DNA of 64,000 nt from Nitrospirota bacterium (GTDB lineage: Bacteria > Nitrospirota > UBA9217). Made by a program: the position numbers and the translations under genes. The notes under the pieces were generated by a model that ran no database searches, had not been told where the DNA came from, and saw only the letters and a list, made by a program, of their open reading frames with translations. Shown piece after piece: positions 1 through 11,066 of the stretch. Numbering within the stretch: position 1 is the first letter of the stretch; each line of letters starts with the position of its first letter. Where the stretch lies: the NCBI GenBank assembly GCA_963737155.1, contig CAVTRN010000001.1:704001-768000 (forward strand), in the 5' to 3' direction.

Positions 1-50
1 ACGCCGAATCCTGCACATTTGTGTGTCAGATCTTCGGCTATGGCTTCTGT

Positions 51-719
51 TTACAAGGCATTGACATCATGCGGCGCAATTTTCACCGCAACACTTCTTC
101 CGAGGATATTCACGTTAACGACAAATACAAACTCGTCTATCTTCCTAATCAAAACACCTTCTGCGTTTATCAGCGGACCCCTGGTAACGCGGACTTTCGC
201 TCCTTCTTTCAGCCCTGGGTAGACGTCAATGTCTATGCCGCTCCCGATCAGAAGCCTCAGAGAATCAATCTCATTGGAATCAACCTTTGCAGGCGATCCC
301 GGTTCAAGAGTGACGAAACCCGCAATACCCCGCGTTTTGAGGACTTCAACGAAGGCCCCGGGAAAGGCCGGCACATGGACAAAAACATATCCCGGAAACA
401 GCGGAAACTCAACGAGTTTTTTTCTATCTTTCCATTGTCTTAGTTTCTGTATGGACGGCGCAAAAACCTCAATCTCTTTCCGCACGAGTTCGCCGGCGGC
501 AACAAATTCGTGTCTCGATTTCACATGGACAGCGTACCAGTTCAGTACCCCGCCTGTCGCCAGCCCATGGTTATTGCCATCCGCATGGGCCGTGGGATTA
601 ACTGCAGTCTCAATCACGTCACGCCCCTCCATCGTAGTAATACTGCTTTTGTTCCGTCTTCGCTGCTCGGTTCCGCTGCCAAGGGGTTGCCGCCGAACCT
701 GTCGGTCCTCCTTGCTCAT
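51..719 (-). CDS. UpxY/NusG-family transcription antiterminator
   Basis: NGN domain (WYAVHVKSRHE...PLFPGYVFV) plus KOW domain (GAKVRVTRGPL); start overlaps the upstream stop (ATGA); true start may be further downstream. Confidence 0.85.
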   Translation of the reverse strand: MSKEDRQVRRQPLGSGTEQRRRNKSSITTMEGRDVIETAVNPTAHADGNNHGLATGGVLNWYAVHVKSRHEFVAAGELVRKEIEVFAPSIQKLRQWKDRKKLVEFPLFPGYVFVHVPAFPGAFVEVLKTRGIAGFVTLEPGSPAKVDSNEIDSLRLLIGSGIDIDVYPGLKEGAKVRVTRGPLINAEGVLIRKIDEFVFVVNVNILGRSVAVKIAPHDVNAL

Positions 720-1615
720 TGCTTGTGTTCCTCTATTCCCAGTGCGCTCAGGAGAGCAGTATGGTCGACGCTCGTCTTTGGCGCCGTACTCTTTCCGCCC
801 CAGTAAAGCGTCTCAAAGTCGAGGTCATTCGCGACTTCGTTAACCATGGTGGAGTCCACTTTCGTCGTTTCTTCATTAAATGCCGCAAGCAGCAGGAAAT
901 CGCACAGTGTATTAATCAGCCTCGGTATTCCCTTGCAGTATTTATGGATGGCCTCAATGCTGCCGTTTACAAAGGTAACCGCATTTTTGTTGCCGGCGAC
1001 CTCCAGTCGGTGCTGGATGTAATTGAGGGTGTCGTCTTTGTCGAGAGGCTCGATGCTGCAGCTGATGCCGATCCTCTGTCGAAGCTGTCTCATGTTCGGG
1101 GCAGAAAGGATATCTCGCAACTCAGGTTGCCCAACAAGTAGTATCTGAAGGAGCTTCGACGTATTGGTTTCCAGGTTCGACAGCATCCGAATCTCTTCCA
1201 GAAGGTTGGACTTGAGGTTCTGGGCTTCATCGATGATGAGTACCGTGTTGCGCCGCCTCGTATGCTCTTCGATTAGAAATGCGTTGAGGTCTTTCAACAA
1301 CATGATTTTGTCCTTACCCTTGACGTCGAGACCGAAATCATCGTTGATCATAGCGAAAAGCTGCTCCGAGCTTACGTTGGTATTAAATATCCTGGCGATC
1401 GTCACATTATGTGCGAGTTGCCTGGTCAGATCGCTTATGAGTGTGGTCTTGCCCGATCCAACTTCTCCAGTCAGCAATATGAACCCCATGCCCTCTTGTA
1501 TGCCGTATTGGAGATAATTAATCGCTTTTTTATGCGTTTTACTTAAGTAAAGAAAAGCCGGGTTTGGAACTAGCTCAAAAGGCTTTAATTTCAATTTATA
1601 AAATGCTTCGTACAT
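716..1615 (-). CDS. ExeA-like AAA ATPase (XrtA/PEP-CTERM system-associated type)
   Basis: MYEAFYKLKLKPFELVPNP N-terminus, Walker A GEVGSGKT, Walker B LIIDEAQNL, LVGQPEL, GIPRLIN. Confidence 0.85.
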   Translation of the reverse strand: MYEAFYKLKLKPFELVPNPAFLYLSKTHKKAINYLQYGIQEGMGFILLTGEVGSGKTTLISDLTRQLAHNVTIARIFNTNVSSEQLFAMINDDFGLDVKGKDKIMLLKDLNAFLIEEHTRRRNTVLIIDEAQNLKSNLLEEIRMLSNLETNTSKLLQILLVGQPELRDILSAPNMRQLRQRIGISCSIEPLDKDDTLNYIQHRLEVAGNKNAVTFVNGSIEAIHKYCKGIPRLINTLCDFLLLAAFNEETTKVDSTMVNEVANDLDFETLYWGGKSTAPKTSVDHTALLSALGIEEHKQ

Positions 1616-1724
1616 GTAACGTTCCTTGTATATTCTATTTGAATTTAGCTATGCCAGTTTGTAAGCTGGGGAAAGATATAATATCCATTTTATATTCTTT
1701 AATCTGTCGGAAATGTGATGCAAA

Positions 1725-2102
1725 TTACAATTGTGCGCGCTGTTCTGATTCATTCATCGTCTGACTTACCAATGATCTGAACTTTTGATAATCGAGAGGT
1801 TTAAGCATACAGTGCGAAAGTGACTTATCAAAATGATCAAGTGTCGCCATCAATTCTAGGCTTAGATGATCTGACAAAATAATTATAGGGATTTTCCATT
1901 TTTTCACCTTTTCGAGCATAGACGCACCGTAGGGATAACTTGTAATTACAAGCCCAATGTTACTAAAATCAACCCATGAATCAAATTGATGGGCATCTGG
2001 AATGATATTTGTGCCGAACCCTTCGTTTTCCAGTATTGCAGAACAGATTCTTGAGAAGCCCGCTTCATCGATTATAAGTATTTTTTTCTTAGATATTTGC
2101 AT
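1725..2102 (-). CDS. Atypical single-domain response regulator receiver (pseudo-receiver)
   Basis: Receiver-like pattern KILIIDE...LVITS...IPIIILS...LKP; the phospho-acceptor Asp position reads Ser. Confidence 0.65.
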   Translation of the reverse strand: MQISKKKILIIDEAGFSRICSAILENEGFGTNIIPDAHQFDSWVDFSNIGLVITSYPYGASMLEKVKKWKIPIIILSDHLSLELMATLDHFDKSLSHCMLKPLDYQKFRSLVSQTMNESEQRAQL

Positions 2103-2115
2103 AACTACTTATATA

Positions 2116-2131
2116 TGCAATGATTATACCC
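2116..2131 (-). promoter_or_regulatory. Putative sigma-54 promoter
   Basis: Minus strand GGGTATAATCATTGCA gives GG-N10-GC spacing just upstream of the receiver/ATPase/UpxY genes. Confidence 0.45.
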
Positions 2132-3319
2132 TTTTTACATTATCCGATAGGGGCATCTCCTAACTTAGGTGATCACAGTATTTGCCAGCTCTTCAAAGGC
2201 AAGTCTCCGATTAAAATAATTATAATACAATATTTTCAATTACTTATGATATTACAGAACGCCTGTTTCTAAAATTAGATTCAAACTTTCTAAAATATTT
2301 AGGCGAGGTGGACACCCCTATATTTTAATTTTTTTTAAAGGTAGGCGAAAAACCGCCATTATAAAGATATGTTTCTGAAGGAAACATATATCCAGGTAAT
2401 TAAAGATTTAGATTGTATCCATGGGAAACATATTAAGCTTTGTCATTGCTGTCCAAAATAATCCTGAGAATGTCATTAAAAATGTCATTTTGGACATTCA
2501 AAGTAGTTGATTTTAAACAAATACAATTGCAGGTGAAAACAGATTTCCAGCAACATAAATATGCAGCCCAAAGCGTTTTTTGATAATGTTCAGGGACATT
2601 ATTTATTGATTTTATGTTCATGATATCGTTAACTATCAAGTACTTAGTATCTTATACTGAATATTAAGTAGGTAGTATGGCCATATTAATACCGATTATA
2701 ATTGATCATTCTCTTATCAGGCCAATTGATTGCAAATATGTTAGCAAACGATGTTGAACGTTATTAGCTAGTAGAAACAATCTACTGCCGTGTGAGCTAT
2801 GACATCCATTAAATGCTCTAAAATAGAGCTTTGATGACGTTTCGCTCAATTCCGTGTTTCCTTATGCACTTTTAGGTGTCAAAATTCTGTCAAAAATAAA
2901 ACCTATTTTTGGACAAGAGTGAGGAATCCTATATTTTTGCTTTATTCATAATATGCTTATCCGGTTTACACATCGTAATAGCTAATAATATTGGCAGATC
3001 CTTTTAAAAAATATATTTTGTTACAAAAAATTATAGTTAATATTTGCGATGATTAATCCATAAGGTAAATATCCCCAATAGGTGCATTAACCGGATAAGC
3101 AGGCACATTCGTAATTAAGTTAAAAGCCAAACTTTACCAGAATCGGTTTCCTACAAACAAAACACGATGGTTTCATTCAAAAAAATAAGGGGCTTCAGTT
3201 TTTCATCAACCCATTGGGTAAGAATTTGAACTTTTCCACAGTTGCCATAACTTTCAATAATATAGAGCTATTTATAGACAAATTCGATTTCCATTGCCAA
3301 CTTTGAGGTTAATCCGATA

Positions 3320-3480
3320 TCTGAAGAAATGCGGCAGGAAAGCGGAGCGTCGTTTGGAGATGCCAACGACGACTCAAGCTGAAGTCCTCTCCGCCTTTGG
3401 ATACGCTAATGATGCAATGGTGTCTTACATTAAAAAATCAATAGCACTACGTTATTATTAACGATTATGCGAAAGTACAA
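3320..3480 (+). pseudogene. 3' remnant and right end of an IS1634-like transposase
   Basis: Translates RKAERRLEMPTTTQAEVLSAFGY; homologous to the 19113-19410 remnant, including the end motif TTATTAACGATTATG..GTACA. Confidence 0.6.
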
Positions 3481-3619
3481 AGATTATGGCTTAATCTCCT
3501 TTTTTACACCGCTTACTGCCATTATGGCGGGCGCGGAGTGACATAACGCTTTTGCTAAGAGCAGATTCCGAGCAATATTTTATGGAGGTGTAAATGTGCT
3601 CGATCATTCTTAACCTGTC

Positions 3620-4810
3620 CTAAAGTCTCTTCGCCACTGCGTCGATAAATTCCTCTGTCAGCGCGTATTTTGAAGGTTTCGGCTCTGCTATAGACGCCAG
3701 GTCTTTGGTCATCACGCCGCTTTCAATGGTCGCAATGACAATCTCCTCGAGTTTACGCGCAAAGGCTGCGACATCCGGTGTGCCGTCCAGTTCGCCGCGC
3801 CGGGCAAGCGCGCCGGTCCAAGCAAAGATTGATGCCACGGAATTAGTCGATGTGGGATTTCCCTTGAGGTGTTCATAGTAGTGGCGCATAACCGTGCCAT
3901 GGGCTGCTTCATACACATACTTGCCCTCTGGCGAGACGAGCACCGATGTCATGAGCCCCAGGCTTCCGAAGCCGGACGCTACCATGTCGCTCATCACGTC
4001 GCCGTCATAATTCATGCAGGCCCATAGCATGCCACCTTCCGCTTTCATAATCTGAGCTACCGCATCATCGATCAACATGTAGCGATATTTGATTCCCTGT
4101 TTTTCGAAGTCCGACTGGCGGGCTTCAGCTTCCTGATCGAAGATATCTTTGAAAAATCCATGATAGGTTTTGGATATAGTGTCCTTAGCGCCGAACCATA
4201 CATCGGTCTTTTCGCTGAGTGCATAATTTAAACAGGACTTTGCGAAACTCCGAATCGACTTCTCCGTATTATGCATGCCCATGATTATTCCGGGCCCCTT
4301 GAATTCATGGATAACGAGTGCCACCCGCTCGCCCGATGCGGGGGTGAAAACAAGCTCCGCCCTACCCTCTCCATTCACCTTGAACTCCACGGATTTATAG
4401 ATATCGCCGTAGGCATGCCTGCCGATGCTGATCGGCTTCTTCCAGCTTCGCACTGCCGGCGGAATGTTCGTCACGATAATGGGCTTTCGGAAAACCGTAC
4501 CATCGAGGATTGACCTGATCGTGCCGTTCGGGCTTTTCCACGCCTGTTTGAGCCCGTATTCCTTGACTCGGACTGCATTGGGCGTGATGGTCGCGCACTT
4601 CACTCCCACCCCCCACTTCTTTACGGCATTCGCCGAATCAGTTGTCACTTGGTCATCGGTCTCGTCCCGGTGATTAACCCCGAGGTCATAATATTTCAGG
4701 TCCATGTGTATATGGGGGAAGAGCAGTTTTTCCTTGATCATCTTCCAGATGATCCGCGTCATTTCATCGCCATCCATCTCCACGATGGGGCCTTTTACGG
4801 TAATAGCCAC
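3620..4810 (-). CDS. icd: NADP-dependent isocitrate dehydrogenase (eukaryote-like subfamily II)
   Basis: [42 protein letters not shown]; GTG start at 4810 after AAGGAG. Confidence 0.95.
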   Translation of the reverse strand: MAITVKGPIVEMDGDEMTRIIWKMIKEKLLFPHIHMDLKYYDLGVNHRDETDDQVTTDSANAVKKWGVGVKCATITPNAVRVKEYGLKQAWKSPNGTIRSILDGTVFRKPIIVTNIPPAVRSWKKPISIGRHAYGDIYKSVEFKVNGEGRAELVFTPASGERVALVIHEFKGPGIIMGMHNTEKSIRSFAKSCLNYALSEKTDVWFGAKDTISKTYHGFFKDIFDQEAEARQSDFEKQGIKYRYMLIDDAVAQIMKAEGGMLWACMNYDGDVMSDMVASGFGSLGLMTSVLVSPEGKYVYEAAHGTVMRHYYEHLKGNPTSTNSVASIFAWTGALARRGELDGTPDVAAFARKLEEIVIATIESGVMTKDLASIAEPKPSKYALTEEFIDAVAKRL

Positions 4811-5232
4811 GTTTATCTCCTTGGGAAAAGTGTTTATGTACTTGCAGAATGGAGGGAATTTTAATGCCAAGCCGCCAAATTGTCAACTAAACAAGAGCAT
4901 GGAACAGCAATTGAAACCTTGGATTAACACGGCTAAACACTAAGTGGGACAAAAACAACTATTCTTTTGTAGCTGACCATCCCATGTCCATGATGTTCGT
5001 GCCAAGGGAAAGGATATCTTTTGCTATCCTATTTTGTGCACGCTGTCTGGTCTCGGCAAGAGAAAGACGGCGTTTTTGCTTTACTGGAAAATTGTTTTTC
5101 ATATATCATAATGCACTTAGTCCAGTAATTGTTAAGTTCCCGCATTCCTCCCATGGCTAAAAACAGGGGCCATCCGCAGCTGTTTCGGATACTAGTTCCT
5201 TATTCGTGCTCGTCAGTGGTTAATAAAAAGTT

Positions 5233-7137
5233 CTATTTTAACGGCTTCCTGGCATATCCAACCTCTTTTAGCGCCGACTCAATCTCGTCGAGCGTTGCCG
5301 GATCGTCGATCGTTGAAGGCACGGCATACTGTTCGCCATCAGCGATTTTCCGCATCGCGCCGCGAAGGATCTTGCCCGAACGGGTCTTCGGAAGCCGCTT
5401 GACCACACACGTTTCCTTGTAGCAGGCAATGGGCCCAATGGTATTGCGCACCATCAGGAAGAGTTCTTTTTTCACATCTTCCGCTTCGCGGTCTGCGCCG
5501 GATTTCAACACAACGAGCCCCAGCGGTAGCTGACCCTTGAGGCTGTCGTGAACGCCGATAACCGCGCATTCAGCCACATCCTTGTGTGTGGACACGATCT
5601 CCTCCATCTCGCCTGTAGACAGCCGGTGACCGGCAACATTGATCACGTCGTCCACGCGGCCCATGATAAAGACGTATCCCTCTTCGTCAATATATCCGCC
5701 GTCACTCGTAAAGTAGTAGCCGGGGAACGGCTTGAGATAGGATTCGAGGAACCGCTGGTCTGCCTGCCACAGTGTTGGAAACGTTCCCGGAGGAAGAGGG
5801 AGCTTGATCGCGACCAAACCTTCCTGCTTGGGCCCAAGTTCCTTTCCGCAGGTATCGAGGATCTTTACGTTGTACCCCGGCACGGGTTTAGTTGAGGAGC
5901 CGGGCTTGACCGTGAATGATTCGATGCCGATAGGGTTGGCCGTGATAGGCCATCCGCTCTCGGTTTGCCACCAGTGATCGATGACGGGCTTCTTCAAAAG
6001 ATTGTGCGCCCAGTGATAGGTATCGGGATCCAGCCGTTCACCGGCCAGAAAAAGGGCAAGGAAGCCTGACAGGTCGTATTTTTTAATGAACTCGCCATTC
6101 GGATCCTCCTTTTTAATCGCCCGGAATGCCGTCGGCGCTGTGAACATTACCTTCACGTTATGCTGCGAAATCACGCGCCAGAAAGCCCCGGCATCAGGTG
6201 TTCCCACGGATTTTCCTTCATACAATATGGTTGTGCAACCTGCAAGCAGAGGCCCGTATACAATATAGGAGTGACCCACGACCCACCCCACATCCGACGC
6301 AGCCCAGAACACATCGCCGGGCTGGACCCCGTAGATGTACTCCATGCTCCATCGGAGCGCGACTGCATGGCCCCCGTTATCGCGCACTACCCCTTTGGGC
6401 TTGCCCGTTGTTCCTGACGTGTAGAGAATATAGAGCGGATCAGTGGCCGACACCGGCGTGCATCCCACGGGGTGGGCGCTCTCCATAAGCTCATTCCAGT
6501 CCAGATCGCGGCCGAGAATCATCGATGCTTTTACGAAGTGGCGCTGAAAGATGATGCATTTCGCCGGCTTGTGTGAGGCTTCATGGATGGCCTTGTCAAT
6601 CATGGGCTTGTACTCGATCAGCCGTTTGACTTCAACTGCGCCAGACGCAGTAATGATAAGTTTCGGTTTTGCATCGTCAATCCGTATAGCAAGTTCATGA
6701 GGCGCAAACCCGCCGAACACAACGGAATGGACCGCGCCTACCCGCGCGCAGGCAAGCATGGCGATCACAGTCTGGGGGATCATGGGCATGTAAATGATGA
6801 GGGTATCGTTCTTTTTGATACCAAGGGTGGTGAGCACACCTGCAAAGCGTGATACCTGTTCCAGTAGCTCGCGGTAGGTAAATTCTTCGATCGTGTTCGT
6901 GACCGGGCTGTCATAGATGAGCGCCACTTGGTCCCCGCGGCCGCTTTCGACGTGCCGGTCTATAGCATTGTAGCAGGTGTTCAGCTCCCCGCCCTTGTAC
7001 CAGCGGTAAAACGGCGGATTGGACTCGTCGAGTACGGCATCCCATTTTTTGTGCCATCCAATGGACTCGGCAGCCTGGCCCCAGAAGCCATTGGGATCTT
7101 TTATACTCTTCGAAAACAGCTCTTCATACTTACCCAT
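5233..7137 (-). CDS. prpE: Propionyl/acetyl-CoA synthetase
   Basis: YILYTSGTTGKPKG, DHWWQTESG, GRVDDVINVAGHRL, LPKTRSGKILR. Confidence 0.85.
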   Translation of the reverse strand: MGKYEELFSKSIKDPNGFWGQAAESIGWHKKWDAVLDESNPPFYRWYKGGELNTCYNAIDRHVESGRGDQVALIYDSPVTNTIEEFTYRELLEQVSRFAGVLTTLGIKKNDTLIIYMPMIPQTVIAMLACARVGAVHSVVFGGFAPHELAIRIDDAKPKLIITASGAVEVKRLIEYKPMIDKAIHEASHKPAKCIIFQRHFVKASMILGRDLDWNELMESAHPVGCTPVSATDPLYILYTSGTTGKPKGVVRDNGGHAVALRWSMEYIYGVQPGDVFWAASDVGWVVGHSYIVYGPLLAGCTTILYEGKSVGTPDAGAFWRVISQHNVKVMFTAPTAFRAIKKEDPNGEFIKKYDLSGFLALFLAGERLDPDTYHWAHNLLKKPVIDHWWQTESGWPITANPIGIESFTVKPGSSTKPVPGYNVKILDTCGKELGPKQEGLVAIKLPLPPGTFPTLWQADQRFLESYLKPFPGYYFTSDGGYIDEEGYVFIMGRVDDVINVAGHRLSTGEMEEIVSTHKDVAECAVIGVHDSLKGQLPLGLVVLKSGADREAEDVKKELFLMVRNTIGPIACYKETCVVKRLPKTRSGKILRGAMRKIADGEQYAVPSTIDDPATLDEIESALKEVGYARKPLK

Positions 7138-7210
7138 GTCTCTCCCCCTTTAGGATTATGACTGCATGGTTTCGCGCTCTTCGCATGATAAGGAGTACCA
7201 GTGATGTTTT

Positions 7211-8272
7211 TCAATATATTTTACTGGCTAGTGTTACATCGATGATTCCTCCGCCCATAACCGCATCGCCTTCATAAAACACCGCCGCCTGTCCGGGACA
7301 GATACCCTTCACCGGCTTTTCGAAGAGGACCCGCGCTGCGTCGGAGCGAAGAGGTTCAATACGGGCAGGAACGAATGGCGAGCGATAGCGAATTTTGACC
7401 AGAACGTCTTTTGCGAACTGAAGCTCATTGAAAAGGATGTAGTTCAGGTTCGTTACCTCCATTTCTCGCGTCAGAAGCTCTGAAGCATTCCCGAGAACGA
7501 CGCGGTTCTTCTCCGGTTCAATCCTAATGACATAGAGCCGCTCGCCAGCTGCTATGCCAAGATGTCTGCGCTGGCCCACGGTAAAAAACGCGATGCCCTC
7601 ATGTCTGCCGATGAGCGTGCCGTCGGCCAGGATAATCTCACCGGGGTTCAATGTATCAGGCGCATGCTCTTTCAGAAAATCGCGATAGTTATTTTCAGGT
7701 ACAAAGCAGATTTCCTGGCTCTCGGGCCTTTCCGCGGCGGGGAGCCCAAACTCGCGGGCATGGGCTCTCACCTCCGTCTTGTGCATTTTGCCGAGGGGAA
7801 AAAGGATGCTCTTCATTTGGTCCTGGGTCAGACGATAAAGGAAGTAGCTTTGGTCCTTTCCTTCATCAATGCCTTTCTTCAATAAATAGCGGGAAGAGAT
7901 CCGGGCAGGTTCAATACGGGCATAGTGACCAGTGGCGAAATAGTCAAAATTGTGATCCCGGGCATAGCGAAGCAAAAGAGGGAATTTGACGAGATCGTTG
8001 CATCGTATACATGGATTGGGTGTTCGGCCCCGTCGGTACTCGGAAATGAAATCAGCAATGATCCCCTGAGAGAAATCCGCCTGTGCATCGATCATGCGAT
8101 GAGGTATGTTGAGGTGTCGGCATACATCCTGCGCCGAGCCGATATCGCAACACAGACCGGCTGTCAGCTTCATCGTGACGCCTTCGACCTGCATCCCTTG
8201 CTGCTGCAGGAGCGCGGCGGTAACCGAACTGTCGACGCCGCCGCTCATTGCTACGAGTACGCGCTTTGTCAT
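7211..8272 (-). CDS. mnmA: tRNA 2-thiouridine(34) synthase
   Basis: AMSGGVDSSV, TPNPCIRCN, ATGHYARI, KDQSYFL, ESQEICF, PGQAAVFY. Confidence 0.96.
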   Translation of the reverse strand: MTKRVLVAMSGGVDSSVTAALLQQQGMQVEGVTMKLTAGLCCDIGSAQDVCRHLNIPHRMIDAQADFSQGIIADFISEYRRGRTPNPCIRCNDLVKFPLLLRYARDHNFDYFATGHYARIEPARISSRYLLKKGIDEGKDQSYFLYRLTQDQMKSILFPLGKMHKTEVRAHAREFGLPAAERPESQEICFVPENNYRDFLKEHAPDTLNPGEIILADGTLIGRHEGIAFFTVGQRRHLGIAAGERLYVIRIEPEKNRVVLGNASELLTREMEVTNLNYILFNELQFAKDVLVKIRYRSPFVPARIEPLRSDAARVLFEKPVKGICPGQAAVFYEGDAVMGGGIIDVTLASKIY

Positions 8273-8426
8273 AATAATTGTTTGCTATAGCAGAAACGGT
8301 GAGACGAAAAGCAGCGGCGTTGTCGCTGCCCTCAACAGAATCAATTTGTCATTTACCCCGATCATGGAGGGAAGGCATCTTTGCCATTCCCAGCACTACC
8401 CAAAAGCCTCAGTGGCCCCCAGTTAC

Positions 8427-9382
8427 CAACCACCTCCGCCGAAAGCTCTGGGTTTCAACCGTGAGGATGAATTCGGGAACTTTGCGGACACTTAACAAAT
8501 ATTCACCTATATTTTACGCTTGAGGTAACTATGTCCAGTAGAGCATCAACCGCATCTTTCGTTCACGGGTTCTACTCGTGACGACTCCCAAAGACAATCG
8601 AATCCTCGAAATCCGACTTGATGTCGGCCGCAACCTTTATAGCTCCTGTCTTGCCAGTTAGAGCTAATCCGCCGGATGATGGAGAGAAGCCTCAGAACCA
8701 GCCCGGACAACTACGGCAAAAAACAGCACGGTGAAATCCGTTGCAAAGCGACCATTCTCGACAATATATCTTGCATTGAAGGCGGAATTGGCAGACACCC
8801 AAAATGCTCTTGCCGAGACACGAAAACATGCCCACAACAACTTAGCTAACAAGATTCTTGTGCTCGTCGCCAGAATAAGCACCGAGTAGATATCGTACAA
8901 ATCACTTCAAAGAGCATAGGGCAAAAGCGTAGGGAAGCTTGCCCCAGGCATATATATCGGAATCCTGCGCCGCAAAGCTGAAAATGCTGGCAGCCAGATT
9001 TTTGGAACAACTACTCAGTTCGCGAAACTATCACAACATGACTTTACGGCAATCAAAAGAAAAGCAGCTCAAGGATCGCTGGCATGTATGCCAGAAGTAC
9101 GGGACCATGGCTCAATGCGATCTATTCTCCGCATTCCTGGTAAAATATGTAACTAAATATCCTAGGCCTTGGTCATACTGCTGAAGTCTGGCAGGTACAA
9201 AAAACTGCTCCTAAAATGGGCGATGTCGCAATTGCGGCACAGAACAGCAAGTAGCCTATTTTTCCGGCAAGCTTTGATCCTGTACGAATCAACAGCAATC
9301 AAGACGGCTGCCACGCTTCCATCGCAACCGTGGATTCCAGCATTGCCGTTAGAACCCTTGGCTTTAGCCATGAGGAGGGTCA
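8427..9382 (+). mobile_element. Decayed tnpB-only IS200/IS605 element with internal deletion
   Basis: TTAC target at 8423-8426; left-end hairpin preceded by AAAG; TnpB N-terminus from ATG 8531 (SFVHGFLL...RLDVGRNLYSSCL); broken RuvC/Zn-finger pieces (APGIYIGILRRKAENAG, RWHVC..DLFSAFL); right end GAACCCTTGGCTTTAGCCATGAGGAGGGTCA. Confidence 0.8.
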
Positions 9383-10096
9383 TGCATGTTTCCACTTGAG
9401 CGCAAGAAGTGAGAAAGACCCCATCATAAAAAATATTCCGCCGACCAACGCCCAGATTGCGCCAGGGTCTTTTGCAACGAGGAGAACCGCATAGGGCCGG
9501 GGCTCAAGTTCGAAACTTTTCATATAAACGGCCACGCCTTTGTAGAGAAGGGGCCGGTTGGGGCCAAGCATCCCGCTGGACACCGGCTGATTATTCTCGA
9601 TCAGCGTCACCTCTGCGGACCAGTCCCGGGGAAAGCCCTGTGCATCGATGTTGGCGTGAACTGCTCGGAGATATAGCGCTTTTCTTTCAGGCAACTGCGC
9701 AACTGCGCCTTCGGGCAATGCACCGCTAATCTTGTATCCCCACCCGGCACTGAGCAGGTGAGCAAGTAAAATAAACAGGAATCCAATATGAATGATCTGC
9801 GGCGATATGCGCAGGAAAACGTTCGAGCGAGACCATTTCTCCTTTACCGCCTGAAGGCTGCACACTAGGGTGTTGATTGTAAGCAGTGCGAGTGCCGCAG
9901 CAGCGGCAAAAAACCACCACGAGTACCAGAGATTATGGAGCGCCGTACTTGCAGCCCAGGCATACAAGAGATCATCATTCATGGATGAAAAAATCCCATG
10001 GTGCATCGGCATCATGTAGGAGCCGACGAAAAAAATGCAAATCAGGACAAGAAGCGTCCAGACAGTTGTCTTGACCGAAAGAAAAAAATTTTTCAT
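9380..10096 (-). CDS. Cytochrome c biogenesis protein ResB/CcsB-like (short form)
   Basis: SVKTTVW..FFVGS, INTLVCS, IIHIGFLFILLAH, KDPG motifs; directly downstream of ccsA. Confidence 0.8.
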   Translation of the reverse strand: MKNFFLSVKTTVWTLLVLICIFFVGSYMMPMHHGIFSSMNDDLLYAWAASTALHNLWYSWWFFAAAAALALLTINTLVCSLQAVKEKWSRSNVFLRISPQIIHIGFLFILLAHLLSAGWGYKISGALPEGAVAQLPERKALYLRAVHANIDAQGFPRDWSAEVTLIENNQPVSSGMLGPNRPLLYKGVAVYMKSFELEPRPYAVLLVAKDPGAIWALVGGIFFMMGSFSLLALKWKHA

Positions 10097-10212
10097 AATG
10101 CAAGTGTATTCGTGGCGCAAATTGTGGTGGAAGAATCGGATGAATCCGAAGAGACCCGGTAGTGGGGTCGCTTTTGTGAAACTCTTCTCTTTTCGTTCAT
10201 ATGAGCCCGGCT

Positions 10213-10917
10213 TCAGAATTCATGAGAGCTCTTCATTAGAAGCCCCACACCCGCGTAGGTGAACATCACGATCACAAATCCGATAATCCCCATCCATATC
10301 ACCTTGTTCCCTTTCCATCCCCGAACGAGCCGCGCATGCAAATAGAGGCTGTAGAAAAACCAGACGATGGTCGCCCAGAGTTCCTTCGGCGTCCAGAGCC
10401 AGTAGGTGCCCCACGCATAAAAAGCCCATATGCCTCCGAAGATCATGGCAGTGGAAAACAATACATATCCCATGAGCAGGCAGCGATACTGACTGGCCTC
10501 CGCTGATGGCTCATCGCGGGAAAGAGCAAGTACGCCGAAGACGCCGCCGACAGCGAAGAGTGCATAGGATACGAAAGAGAGACAAACATGGAGTTCGAAC
10601 CAGACCGTCCTGAGTACGGGAGGCAGCGGACCGGGCATGGACGGCTGTGAAACAAAGGCTCCTGCCAGGAGAAAAAGGATCAGCGGAATGGTCAGATAAG
10701 TAAGCAGATCTCGCCGTCGTTGCCATGCTGCAACAGCGAAGATTGTGCCGATGGCAAAGGCAAGGAAACCGAGCGTTTCTCGCAGTCCGATCAGTGGCAT
10801 TCTTTCATACTGCTGCGCCGTCCGCGCAATGAATAGGGCATGAAGCCCGAGCGCCGGCAGAATGAGTCGCGGTGAGAAAAAAGCAAGCGGATAAAAAAAG
10901 AAAAGTAAGCTTTCCAT
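10213..10917 (-). CDS. ccsA: Cytochrome c biogenesis protein CcsA/ResC
   Basis: WWD motif GGIWAFYAWGTYWLWTPKE, YLHAR, C-terminal His. Confidence 0.9.
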   Translation of the reverse strand: MESLLFFFYPLAFFSPRLILPALGLHALFIARTAQQYERMPLIGLRETLGFLAFAIGTIFAVAAWQRRRDLLTYLTIPLILFLLAGAFVSQPSMPGPLPPVLRTVWFELHVCLSFVSYALFAVGGVFGVLALSRDEPSAEASQYRCLLMGYVLFSTAMIFGGIWAFYAWGTYWLWTPKELWATIVWFFYSLYLHARLVRGWKGNKVIWMGIIGFVIVMFTYAGVGLLMKSSHEF

Positions 10918-11007
10918 TGTGCAAGGTGTCCGGTATTCGCACTTCTGCTTCTCAGCAGGAAACGGAAATGCGCGGGGGGAAAAATGACTCAGTTGTCATC
11001 AGAGACA

Positions 11008-11041
11008 CGAAAGGCATCCCGGAAATCCGGAATGCCTTTCG
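11008..11041 (-). terminator. Hairpin after HU gene
   Basis: CGAAAGGCAT...ATGCCTTTCG inverted repeat 26 bp past the HU stop. Confidence 0.55.
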
Positions 11042-11066
11042 GTTGTTTTAGTTATGCACCATAAAA

